In this document: in pieces, positions 17,513 to 26,869 of the stretch | Layout of the letters: each line of letters opens with the position of its first letter | Numbering within the stretch: the first letter of the stretch is position 1 | Assembly (NCBI RefSeq): GCF_004353825.1 | Contig: NZ_SMNA01000004.1 | Coordinates: 1 to 64,000 of the forward strand | Source of the DNA: Occultella glacieicola | GTDB lineage: Bacteria; Actinomycetota; Actinomycetes; Actinomycetales; Beutenbergiaceae | Length of the DNA stretch: 64,000 bases | Direction: 5' to 3' | Program-made: the position numbers and the translations under genes | Notes under the pieces: model-generated | Databases searched by the model: none | The model's input: the letters and a program-made list of their open reading frames with translations, nothing else | What the model was told of the DNA's origin: nothing

Positions 17513-18016
17513 TCAGCCGAATGCCGCGGCGATGGCCGCGATCACCACGATCACGGCGACGAGGGCCACCCCTCCGCCCACCCCCCAGAGCCAGATCTTG
17601 CCGGCGCCTATGTGCTTGGCGTTCGCCCCGAACGACGCGAGCCGCTCGGTCCACCAGGTCGCCGAGGGCATGCCGTCGCGGGCGACCCGGGCGTTGTACT
17701 GCTCGACGGACTCCCACGGCTGCGGGCTGACGACCGCATCATCGATCATGAGGCGGAACTTGTGCCCGGACACCGTCCTGAGGGTGAGGGTTGACTGCTG
17801 GGAACCGTAGACGCCGCCGACGTAGGACGCCTTCGCGACCTCCTGGGGTGCGAAGTCGGCCAGCACCTGCTCCTGGGGGCTCTCCAGATCGATGATCCGG
17901 ATCCGGTCCTGCCGGGTCCACTCCAGGCGCACCTTCCTCGTCTGGAACACGGTCGCGCCGGTGAGCATGGTCGTGTTCAGGCGCAGGTCGGTGGCCATGG
18001 GCGCGGGCTGGTTCAT
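17513..18016 (-). CDS. Hypothetical protein with C-terminal TM helix
   Basis: Plausible composition and a C-terminal hydrophobic anchor. Confidence 0.65.
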   Translation of the reverse strand: MNQPAPMATDLRLNTTMLTGATVFQTRKVRLEWTRQDRIRIIDLESPQEQVLADFAPQEVAKASYVGGVYGSQQSTLTLRTVSGHKFRLMIDDAVVSPQPWESVEQYNARVARDGMPSATWWTERLASFGANAKHIGAGKIWLWGVGGGVALVAVIVVIAAIAAAFG

Positions 18017-18061
18017 CTGTGGGGCTTCCGCTCGTGGAGGGGTGCAGGGTCGGGCCGGATT

Positions 18062-19051
18062 CTACGGCGTGGGCGCGGGGGCCGTGCTCCCCCGGATGAT
18101 GAGCCGGGTCTCGAGCTGGACGACCGGCTTCGGGGCGTCGTCGGGGTGGTCGACCAGATCCAGCACGAGGTCGACGGCGGTGGCGCCGGCCCGCGTGCCC
18201 GGCACGTGGATCGAGGTGAGGGTGGGGTAGGCCATGCCGGACATCGGGCTGTCGTCGATGCCGATGACCGAGATGTCCGGCCCCACGCGCAACCCGCGTT
18301 CGGTCAGCCGGGCCATCAGCCCCATCGCGATCATGTCGTCATAGGCGATCACCGCGGTGATGTCTCGGCTGTGCACGAGGTCGGCGGCCCGGACCCCCGC
18401 CTGGATCTGCGGCTCGAACGGACCGAACTCGACCAGTTCCAGGTTCAGGTCGGCGCACGCGGCTCGCATCGCCGCCTGCCGCTGGGAGTTCGACCAGGAC
18501 CGCCGCGGCCCGTTCAGGTAGCAGATCCGCTTGTGGCCGAGCGAGGCGAGGTGCTCCACGGCCTCCAGGATGCCCTCGGACGCCTCGATGATCACGCTCG
18601 CTGCGCCGTCGACCTTGCGGTTGACGAAGACGATCGGCTGCAGCGCGGCCAGTTCGGGCAGCGACTCGACGGGCGTGCGCGGGGACACCACGATCAGGCC
18701 GTCGACCCGCTTGCGCATCACGCGGGCCCGCTGGATCTCGTCGGCCGGGTGCTCGTCGACGTCCGAGATCAGGACCGTCTTGCCCTTGGTGCTGGCCCGG
18801 CTCTGGACCGCCTTGATGATCGGTGGGAAGAACGGGTTGGCGATGTCCGGGACGATCAGCCCGATCAGGTCGCTGCGGCCGGACGTCAGCGACCGCGCCA
18901 CCTGATTCGGCTCGTAACCCATCTCCTGGGCCACGCGGCGAATCTTCTCCCTCGTGGCGTCGTTGACCTTCTCGGTACCGGACAGGGCGCGCGAGACCGT
19001 GGAGGCGGACATGCCGACGGCGCGGGCGACGTCGGCGAGCGTGACGGCCAT
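18062..19051 (-). CDS. LacI-family transcriptional regulator
   Basis: TLADVARAVGMSASTVSRAL, GYEPN, NPFF, ISVIGIDD. Confidence 0.96.
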   Translation of the reverse strand: MAVTLADVARAVGMSASTVSRALSGTEKVNDATREKIRRVAQEMGYEPNQVARSLTSGRSDLIGLIVPDIANPFFPPIIKAVQSRASTKGKTVLISDVDEHPADEIQRARVMRKRVDGLIVVSPRTPVESLPELAALQPIVFVNRKVDGAASVIIEASEGILEAVEHLASLGHKRICYLNGPRRSWSNSQRQAAMRAACADLNLELVEFGPFEPQIQAGVRAADLVHSRDITAVIAYDDMIAMGLMARLTERGLRVGPDISVIGIDDSPMSGMAYPTLTSIHVPGTRAGATAVDLVLDLVDHPDDAPKPVVQLETRLIIRGSTAPAPTP

Positions 19052-19253
19052 GACTACCTCTCCCTTTCCGATCTCGCGACGGTGGTGATCGAGCCCACGG
19101 TGGCGCCCACCGCCGACCTCGGTGATGGCTTCCATGCGGGTGCGCAGCCGGTGCTTGTGCGAACGCGTGCGCAACGTGCGCCGATGCTACCGCACCAGGG
19201 CGGTGAGCAGACGACCGCCCGGCGCAGGTTGCGACAATCTGCGCACGCTTGCC

Positions 19254-19265
19254 GCAACCGCTTGC
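19254..19265. promoter_or_regulatory. LacI-type operator GCAACCGCTTGC
   Basis: Pseudo-palindrome with central CG; identical copy at 20531-20542, variants at 15216-15227 and 29031-29042. Confidence 0.65.
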
Positions 19266-19285
19266 GTCCCGTAACGTCCCTGCTC

Positions 19286-20512
19286 ATGGAATCTCCGACG
19301 GTAACGCAGACTCCGTCCGGCCCCGGTGCCGACGCCCATCTCCGGCTCGGACTCGTGGGCAACGGCAACCGCGGAGTGATCGCGCAGCGGGCCAGCATCG
19401 ACGACGGGAACGCCATCGTGGTGGCCGTCTCGGACCCGCATCCCCGGGCGCAGGACCGAGCACGCGAACGCTTCGGCGCCGACGTGGCGGTGGGCTCGGA
19501 CCTGGGCGTCCTCCTGGAAGCGGACCTGGACGCCGCCTTCGTGACGTCCCTGGACCACCAGCACGCGGACCACGTGGTGAATCTGCTCGAGGCCGGCATC
19601 GACGTCTTCGTGGACAAGCCGATGGCTACGACGGTCGCGGACGCGGACCGCATGCTCGAGACCGCCAGATCGACCGGTTCCCGGCTGTACGTGGGTCACA
19701 ACATGCGCCACATGCCCGTGATCATGCTCATGCGGGAGCTGGTCCGCGCCGGTCGGATCGGCGAGGTCAAGGCGGTCTGGTGCCGGTACTTCGTCGGCGA
19801 CGGCGGGGACCGGTTCTTCAAGGACTGGCACGCCGAGCGCGCGAATGTGAACACGCTCCTGTTGCAGAAGGGCGCTCACGACATCGACGTGATCCATTGG
19901 CTCGCCGGCGGGTACACGAGGCGGGTCAGCGCCATGGGCGCCCTCACCGTGTACGGGGACGTGACCTCCCGGACGGACCGGACCGGACAGGTGGTCACGG
20001 AGTGGCTGGACCGGGAGAAGAACTGGCCCCCGCTCGCCCAGGAGGGGCTGAACCCGGTGATCGACGTCGAGGACATCTCGATGATGACCATGCGCCTGGA
20101 CAACGGGGTGTACGCCACCTACTCCGAGTGTCACTACACACCGGACTACTGGCGCAACTACACGATCATCGGCACCGAGGGCCGGATCGAGAACTTCGGG
20201 CTCGGGCACGAGGGCGTGGTGCGGCTGTGGAACCGGCGCACCGAGTACAACGCCGAGGGCGATGAACAGTTTCCCATCCCGGACGTCGAGGGCGGCCATC
20301 ACGGGGCCGACCCGGCACTGCTCGCCGAGTTCCTGGAGTTCGTCCGCACCGGCGCCCCCACGGCGACCTCCCCGGTCGCTGCCCGCGAAGCGGTCGCGGC
20401 GGGTGCCACGGCGGCCGAGTCGATGCGTGGTGATTCCGGCGCGTTGGACGTCCCCGAGCTGGACCCAGAGCTGCGCGCCTACTTCGAGAATGGGCAGCGC
20501 CCGCCCGACTGA
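19286..20512 (+). CDS. Gfo/Idh/MocA oxidoreductase
   Basis: LGLVGNGNRG, DKPMA, GHNMRH, QKGAHDID, GGHHGAD. Confidence 0.92.
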   Translation: MESPTVTQTPSGPGADAHLRLGLVGNGNRGVIAQRASIDDGNAIVVAVSDPHPRAQDRARERFGADVAVGSDLGVLLEADLDAAFVTSLDHQHADHVVNLLEAGIDVFVDKPMATTVADADRMLETARSTGSRLYVGHNMRHMPVIMLMRELVRAGRIGEVKAVWCRYFVGDGGDRFFKDWHAERANVNTLLLQKGAHDIDVIHWLAGGYTRRVSAMGALTVYGDVTSRTDRTGQVVTEWLDREKNWPPLAQEGLNPVIDVEDISMMTMRLDNGVYATYSECHYTPDYWRNYTIIGTEGRIENFGLGHEGVVRLWNRRTEYNAEGDEQFPIPDVEGGHHGADPALLAEFLEFVRTGAPTATSPVAAREAVAAGATAAESMRGDSGALDVPELDPELRAYFENGQRPPD

Positions 20513-20530
20513 ATCCGTACTGGTGTTGCA

Positions 20531-20542
20531 GCAACCGCTTGC
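20531..20542. promoter_or_regulatory. LacI-type operator upstream of the ABC operon
   Basis: GCAACCGCTTGC, identical to 19254-19265. Confidence 0.65.
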
Positions 20543-20703
20543 GGTCGCTAGGTTCAGATCACCCCCGTCCCGTCCCGAACGCCGCAGGGCGCACCGCGAC
20601 AGTCCCGGGCCGACGTGGCCGTCGGCGCCGGTTCCGCACCCCAGCGGTGCACCCCACGAGAAGTCTGACCCACGGCGAGAGCCGCGAGCTGGAGGAAAAT
20701 TCA

Positions 20704-22659
20704 ATGACGATGGAACACCGGAGCATCTCCCGCCGGTCCCTGCTCAAGTTCGGTGGCGGCGGTGCGGCGGCGATCGCCATCTTCGGCCTCACCGCGTGCT
20801 CCGACGACGAGGCACCCAACCCGTTCGACGGCAACGGCGCCGACGCCAAGGAGTCACCCATGCTCACCGAGCGGGTCGAGGCCGGCGATCTCCCCGAGCT
20901 CGCCGAGCGGCTGCCGGCCACCCCGATGGAGGTCGAGGTCATGGACGGCCCGGCCCAGTACGGCGGCACCCTCAACCGTGCTCAGACCGAGGTCGGAGAT
21001 GCCGGCGCGCTCACCGCCTTCGCGAGCGTGGGTCTGCTCGAATGGAACTGGGACTCGGACGGCTTCCTGCCCAGCCTCGCCGAGGAGTTCAGCAAGAACG
21101 ACACGAACACGGAGTTCACGTTCGTCCTGCGCGAGGGGCTGAAGTGGTCCGACGGCGAGCCGTTCACCTCCGCCGATCTGCAGTTCACCATCGACGACGT
21201 GCTGCGCAACGAGACCACGATCCCGGCGGCGCCCTTCTGGTTCAGCGACGGCGACGCCCGGCCCACGGTCGAGGTTCCGGACGAGCGCACGGTGATCATC
21301 CGCTACACCCAGCCGTTCGGGTTGTTCGAGAAGTACATGTGCCACCCCGCCGTGAGCAACCAGTTCCTCAAGCCGAGGCACTACCTCGAGCAGTTCCACC
21401 CCACCTACACGGACCCGGCCGAGGTGGATGCTGCCACGGCGGCCGCCGGGTTCGACTCCTGGGACCAGTACTTCGGTGACCGGGACAACTGGTGGACGAA
21501 CCCGGAGCGGCCGATCCTCGGCGCCTACCAGGTCATCAGCGCCGCGAACGCCCAGAGCGGCACGGCGACCTTGGAGCGCAACCCGTACTTCTGGAAGGTC
21601 GACCCCGATGGGCGCCAGTTGCCCTTCATCGACCAGATCCAGGTGCAGGTCCTCGCCCAGGATGCCCTCGACCTGCGCGCAGCGAACGGTGACCTGAACT
21701 TCCAGGGGAACTTCCTCGGGTACAACTCGGCGCAGGTCTACCTCCAGAACGCCGAGGACCGAGGGTACGAGATGCTCCGTTGGAAGAACGACGCCACGCT
21801 CCTGTCCCTGTGTGTGAACCTGTCCCACGCCGACGAGGTGCTCCGCGACCTCTTCCTCCAGGTCGACTTCCGAGCAGCCCTGTCCCACGCGATCGACCGT
21901 GAGGACCTGAACGCCACACTGCTCGGGGGACTCGGGGACGTCCGGCAGCCGCTGGCCACCGAGACCTCCGACTACTACGTCGAGGGCACCGGGCAGCGAT
22001 TCATCGAGTTCGACGTGGACCGGGCCAACGAGCTCCTCGATGGTCTCGGGCTCACCCGCGGCTCCGATGGCGTCCGGCAACGACCGGACGGCCAGCCGCT
22101 CGCCCTCGTGCTGCTCTACGTGGACAGCACCGCCGGCGTGCCGACGGCGGACGCGTTCACCATGGTGCAGCGGTACTGGGCGGAGATCGGACTGACGCTG
22201 AGCCTGCGGCCCGTCGACCCGACGTTGTACGCCGAGCTGCGCAGCGCGAACGACTTCGACATCGACGGCACCACGATGCCGAGCGACGACTTCGACCTCG
22301 AGCCGGTCTGGTACATCCCCACCGGCGCGAACAGCCACAGCGCACCTGGGTTCGGACAGTGGTACGCCTCGAACGGGTCGGAGGGTATCGAGCCTCCCGA
22401 GGAGATCCTGGCGCTGATGGACAACTGGGACCTGCTGCGGGGTGCCGCGACCGACGACGAGCGCGTGGAGGCGGGCCGTGCGATCGTCACGCAGCACGAT
22501 GAGAACGTGTATGCGATCGGGCTGCTCGGCCTGCCCTTCCAGCCGGTCATCGTGACGAACGACGTGCGGGGCGTGCGCGACGACGAACCCAAGCTCTCCT
22601 TCTACTACGGGCGCGAGGGCATCACGAAGCCGGAGCAGATCTCGTTCCTGCCCGCGTGA
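20704..22659 (+). CDS. ABC substrate-binding lipoprotein, family 5 (Tat signal)
   Basis: SRRSLLK plus LTAC lipobox; LREGLKWSDGEPFT; ERNPYFWKVD. Confidence 0.93.
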   Translation: MTMEHRSISRRSLLKFGGGGAAAIAIFGLTACSDDEAPNPFDGNGADAKESPMLTERVEAGDLPELAERLPATPMEVEVMDGPAQYGGTLNRAQTEVGDAGALTAFASVGLLEWNWDSDGFLPSLAEEFSKNDTNTEFTFVLREGLKWSDGEPFTSADLQFTIDDVLRNETTIPAAPFWFSDGDARPTVEVPDERTVIIRYTQPFGLFEKYMCHPAVSNQFLKPRHYLEQFHPTYTDPAEVDAATAAAGFDSWDQYFGDRDNWWTNPERPILGAYQVISAANAQSGTATLERNPYFWKVDPDGRQLPFIDQIQVQVLAQDALDLRAANGDLNFQGNFLGYNSAQVYLQNAEDRGYEMLRWKNDATLLSLCVNLSHADEVLRDLFLQVDFRAALSHAIDREDLNATLLGGLGDVRQPLATETSDYYVEGTGQRFIEFDVDRANELLDGLGLTRGSDGVRQRPDGQPLALVLLYVDSTAGVPTADAFTMVQRYWAEIGLTLSLRPVDPTLYAELRSANDFDIDGTTMPSDDFDLEPVWYIPTGANSHSAPGFGQWYASNGSEGIEPPEEILALMDNWDLLRGAATDDERVEAGRAIVTQHDENVYAIGLLGLPFQPVIVTNDVRGVRDDEPKLSFYYGREGITKPEQISFLPA

Positions 22660-22759
22660 GCCACGACGGGCACGGCCGCAGCCGAGCAACCCGCTCCCGG
22701 CCGGCCGTGCCCGCGGCCACGCCTGACCACATGTCCGGACCGAGCGGAAGGAGGAAGCG

Positions 22760-23752
22760 ATGCTGAGATTCACGATCCACCGGATCCTGCACGTGATCCC
22801 GACCCTGATCATCATCTCGGTGATCTCGTTCTTCATCATCCAACTGCCGCCCGGGGACTTCCTGACCACTCAGGTGGCCGCGCTGGAGGCGCAGGGCGAG
22901 AGCATCGACCCGGCCCAGCTGGAGGCCCTCCGGGTCCGATACGGGATCGACGACCCGTTCTGGATCCAGTACTGGAAGTGGATCAGCAACATCCTTCTGC
23001 ACGGGGACTTCGGGCTGTCCTTCCAGTTCCAGCGGCCGGTCATCGACCTCATCACCGAGCGCCTTCCGCTGACCATCCTGCTCGGCGTCGCCACTCTGCT
23101 GTTCACCTGGGCGATCGCCCTGCCGGCCGGCATCTACTCAGCCATCAAGCAGCACTCCGCCGCGGACTACACGATCTCCGTGGTGGGCTTCGTCGCCCTC
23201 GCGGTCCCGAACTTCCTCGCTGCCCTGGTGCTCGCCTACGTCGGGTTCGCCTACTTCGGGCAGAGCGTCGGCGGGTTGTTCTCGCCGGAGTACGTCAATG
23301 CACCCTGGAGTCTCGCCAAGGTCGGCGACCTGCTCGAACACCTGTGGATCCCGGTGCTCGTGATCGGCCTGGCGGGCACGGCGGGCATCATCCGCACCAT
23401 GCGGGCGAACATGCTCGACGAGCTGTACAAGCCCTACGTCACCACGGCCAGGGCGAAAGGACTTCCGGAAGGACGCAACATCCGTAAGTACCCGCTGCGG
23501 ATCTCCCTGAACCCGTTCATCTCCACCGTCGGCTGGTCGATCCCGAGCATCTTCGACGGCGAGGTGATCGTGGCGACCGTGCTCGCCCTCGGCACCACCG
23601 GCCCGCTCCTGCTGGCCGCCCTGAAATCGCAGGACATGTACCTCGCCGGAGGGATCATCCTGATCATCGCCGTGCTGACCGTGGTGGGCACGCTGATCTC
23701 GGATCTGCTCCTGGCCGCCGTGGACCCACGGGTCCGATTCGGGAAGGCGTGA
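22760..23752 (+). CDS. ABC permease (DppB-like)
   Basis: QLPPGD, GDFGLSF, TARAKGL. Confidence 0.94.
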   Translation: MLRFTIHRILHVIPTLIIISVISFFIIQLPPGDFLTTQVAALEAQGESIDPAQLEALRVRYGIDDPFWIQYWKWISNILLHGDFGLSFQFQRPVIDLITERLPLTILLGVATLLFTWAIALPAGIYSAIKQHSAADYTISVVGFVALAVPNFLAALVLAYVGFAYFGQSVGGLFSPEYVNAPWSLAKVGDLLEHLWIPVLVIGLAGTAGIIRTMRANMLDELYKPYVTTARAKGLPEGRNIRKYPLRISLNPFISTVGWSIPSIFDGEVIVATVLALGTTGPLLLAALKSQDMYLAGGIILIIAVLTVVGTLISDLLLAAVDPRVRFGKA

Positions 23753-23756
23753 TCCG

Positions 23757-24938
23757 ATGACCTCCCAGACCCAACTTCCCGTTGCCGACCCCGAGTCGGA
23801 CGACCCGACCGGGACCGAGACGACGGACCGCCTCGACACCGAGACCGGGCGCAGCCGTACCGAGGTGACCTCGGCGCCGCAGTGGAAACTGATCTGGTGG
23901 CGCTTCCGCCGACACCGGCTGGCGATGATCGGCATGGTCATCCTGGTGATCCTGTACGTGGTCGCCCTGTTCGCGGGCTTCTTCGCCCCGTTCAACACCA
24001 CGTCCTACAGCGGGCAGCACGCCTACCAACCGCCGCAGATCCCGCACTTCTCATTCTCCGAGGGCTTCTACGTCCACCCCACGACCGGCGCCACGGACCC
24101 CGAGACGCTGGCTCCGGTGTTCACCGAGGACACCTCGCAGATGGTGCATCTCGGCTTCTTCGTGGAGGGCGACCCCTACCGGCTGCTCGGCCTCGTCGAC
24201 GCGAACGTCCACCTGTTCGGGCCGGAGGACCCGGGCCAGCGGTGGTACGCGCTGGGCGCGGACCGGGGCGGCGGTGACCTGCTCTCGAAGATCATCTACG
24301 GCTCGCAGATCTCACTGTCGATCGGGTTGGTCGGGGTGGCGATCTCGCTGCTGCTCGGCCTGATCCTCGGTGGCATCTCCGGGTACTTCGGTGGCACCAC
24401 CGACACGGTGATCCAGCGCATCATCGAACTGTTCATGTCGATCCCGACGCTTCCCCTGTGGCTCGGCCTCGCAGCGGCGGTGCCACCCCAGTGGGGTCCG
24501 ATGCAGACCTACCTGATGATCACCGTCATCCTGTCGCTGGTGGGCTGGACCTCGCTGGCCCGGGTGATCCGCGGCCGGCTGCTGCAGACCCGTGGTGAGG
24601 ACTACGTGCTGGCCGCCAAGCTCGATGGCGTCCCGACCGGCCGCATCATCTCCCGGCACATGCTGCCGTCCTTCGCCTCCCACATCATCGCCACGGTGTC
24701 CTTGGCGGTGCCCGCGATGATCCTGTCCGAGACGTCGCTGTCCTTCCTCGGCCTCGGCCTGCGGGCCCCAGCGGTGTCCTGGGGTGTCCTGCTGCAGAAC
24801 GCGCAGAGCGTGAACGTGGTGGCCACTGCGCCGTGGCTGCTGCTGCCCGGGCTGGCTGTGGTCCTGGCCGTGGTCGCGTTCAACTTCGTCGGAGACGGGC
24901 TCCGGGACTCCGCAGACCCGTACGGAAAGAGGTCCTGA
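23757..24938 (+). CDS. ABC permease (DppC-like)
   Basis: LGADRGGGD, ETSLSFLGLG, FNFVGDGLRD. Confidence 0.94.
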   Translation: MTSQTQLPVADPESDDPTGTETTDRLDTETGRSRTEVTSAPQWKLIWWRFRRHRLAMIGMVILVILYVVALFAGFFAPFNTTSYSGQHAYQPPQIPHFSFSEGFYVHPTTGATDPETLAPVFTEDTSQMVHLGFFVEGDPYRLLGLVDANVHLFGPEDPGQRWYALGADRGGGDLLSKIIYGSQISLSIGLVGVAISLLLGLILGGISGYFGGTTDTVIQRIIELFMSIPTLPLWLGLAAAVPPQWGPMQTYLMITVILSLVGWTSLARVIRGRLLQTRGEDYVLAAKLDGVPTGRIISRHMLPSFASHIIATVSLAVPAMILSETSLSFLGLGLRAPAVSWGVLLQNAQSVNVVATAPWLLLPGLAVVLAVVAFNFVGDGLRDSADPYGKRS

Positions 24939-26869
24939 TGTTCTCTGCGCGCCGCCGTATCCGCGAGCGTGACCGTGCCGCCCGCGCCGCACAGCGTGGT
25001 CTCGCCGGCGCGGTCGTCGACGCCGCCGAGCTCAGCGATGCCGAGGCGATCCTGGACATCCAGGGGCTGAAGACCACGTTCCACTCCGACGAGGGCACGG
25101 TGCATGCCGTCGACGACATCGACCTGGTGGTCCGGCGGGGCCGGACCACCTGCATCGTCGGGGAGTCGGGTTCCGGCAAGTCCGCGACGGCTCGATCGAT
25201 CCTGCAGGTGGTGGACAACCCGGGCCTGATCGAGGACGGTCGGATCCTGTTCCGGGCCGACCCGGAGGGACCGGTGCGGGACCTCGCCGCGCTGAGGTCG
25301 AAGGGCGACGCGATCCGCTCCGTCCGGGGGCGTGAGATCGGCATCATCTTCCAGGAGCCGATGTCCGCACTGAGTCCGGTGCACACGATCGGCAACCAGA
25401 TCAGCGAGGTGCTCGAGCTGCACAGCGACCTCGGCCCGGCACAGATCCGCGAGCGCGTCATCGACGAGCTGAACAACGTGGGCATCCCCCGCCCGGACGA
25501 GCGCATCGACGCCTTCACGTTCCAGCTCTCCGGTGGCATGCGTCAGCGGGCCATGATCGCGATGGCTCTGATCGCCCGCCCGGCGCTCCTGATCGCCGAC
25601 GAACCGACCACGGCCCTGGATGTCACCACCCAGGCACAGATCCTCGACCTGCTCGGCGAGCTCAAGGTCGAGCTCTCGATGACGATGATCTTCATCACCC
25701 ACGATCTCGGCGTCGTCGCCGAGATCGCCGACGACGTGGTCGTGATGCGGCACGGCAAGGTGGTCGAGACCGGCCCCGTCGACCAGATCTTCCACGACCC
25801 GCAGCACGACTACACGAAGGAGCTCCTGGCCAGCCTCCCGCAGCGGTCCGCGCCGCTCGGCGAGCCCGAGGCGCCCGAGGCGACCCCCGCCGTCGGGGAT
25901 GCAGTGCCCGACGGCGGTCGGCCGGGTTCGGTCGATGTCGTCGAGGTGGTCTCCGACCCGCGGGAGACGGTCCGGCACGAGCACCCACAGGCGCGCCCGC
26001 TGCTGCGGATCCGGGACCTGCGGATGGAGTTCGACGCGGTTTCGGGGACCATGTTCGGGCGGCGCCGCAAGGAGAAGATCGTCGCCGTCAACGGCGTGGA
26101 TCTGGACATCGCCGAGGGGGAGACCCTCGGCCTGGTCGGGGAGTCCGGGTGTGGCAAGACCACCCTCGGCCGATGCGTGATGCGCGCCTACGACCCCACC
26201 GGCGGTGAGCTGCTCTATGACGACGGTTCGGGCGCCGTCGATCTCGCGGGCCTGTCCCAGAAGCAGTTGCTGCCCTATCGGAGGCAGGTGCGGATGGTGT
26301 TCCAGGATCCGTACGGGTCGCTGAACCCGCGGATGACGGTGCGCCAGGTGATCGGGGAGCCGCTGCGCGTGGCCGGCCTGGCGCGGGGGTCGGAGCTCGA
26401 CGACCGGGTCGAGACGATGCTGGAGCGGGTCGGCTTGAGGAGTTCGATGGCGAGCCGGTACCCGCACGCCTTCTCCGGCGGCGAGCGCCAGCGGATCGGC
26501 ATCGCCCGAGCGCTGATCACCTCCCCGAAGCTGGTCATCGCGGACGAGGCGGTCTCGGCCCTGGATGTCTCGGTCCGCACGCAGATCCTCGAGCTCCTCG
26601 CCGACCTCCAGGACGAGCTCGGCCTGACGTATCTGTTCATCTCCCACGACCTGTCCGTGGTGGAGCGGATCTGCGATCGGGTCGCGGTCATGTACTACGG
26701 CAACCTCGTCGAGGAGGGACCGGCGGAGCAGTTGTTCGCGAACCCCCAGCACGGCTACACCCGGGCCCTGCTCTCGGCGGTGCCGGTGGCCGACCCGCGG
26801 GTGCGCGGCACCCGCGAACGCGTCGTCTACCGGCCGGACGAGGGTGAGTCCGAGGAGTCAGCGGCCTGA
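24938..26869 (+). CDS. Fused DppD/DppF ABC ATPase
   Basis: Two Walker A motifs (GESGSGKS, GESGCGKT), LSGGM and FSGGE. Confidence 0.95.
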   Translation: MFSARRRIRERDRAARAAQRGLAGAVVDAAELSDAEAILDIQGLKTTFHSDEGTVHAVDDIDLVVRRGRTTCIVGESGSGKSATARSILQVVDNPGLIEDGRILFRADPEGPVRDLAALRSKGDAIRSVRGREIGIIFQEPMSALSPVHTIGNQISEVLELHSDLGPAQIRERVIDELNNVGIPRPDERIDAFTFQLSGGMRQRAMIAMALIARPALLIADEPTTALDVTTQAQILDLLGELKVELSMTMIFITHDLGVVAEIADDVVVMRHGKVVETGPVDQIFHDPQHDYTKELLASLPQRSAPLGEPEAPEATPAVGDAVPDGGRPGSVDVVEVVSDPRETVRHEHPQARPLLRIRDLRMEFDAVSGTMFGRRRKEKIVAVNGVDLDIAEGETLGLVGESGCGKTTLGRCVMRAYDPTGGELLYDDGSGAVDLAGLSQKQLLPYRRQVRMVFQDPYGSLNPRMTVRQVIGEPLRVAGLARGSELDDRVETMLERVGLRSSMASRYPHAFSGGERQRIGIARALITSPKLVIADEAVSALDVSVRTQILELLADLQDELGLTYLFISHDLSVVERICDRVAVMYYGNLVEEGPAEQLFANPQHGYTRALLSAVPVADPRVRGTRERVVYRPDEGESEESAA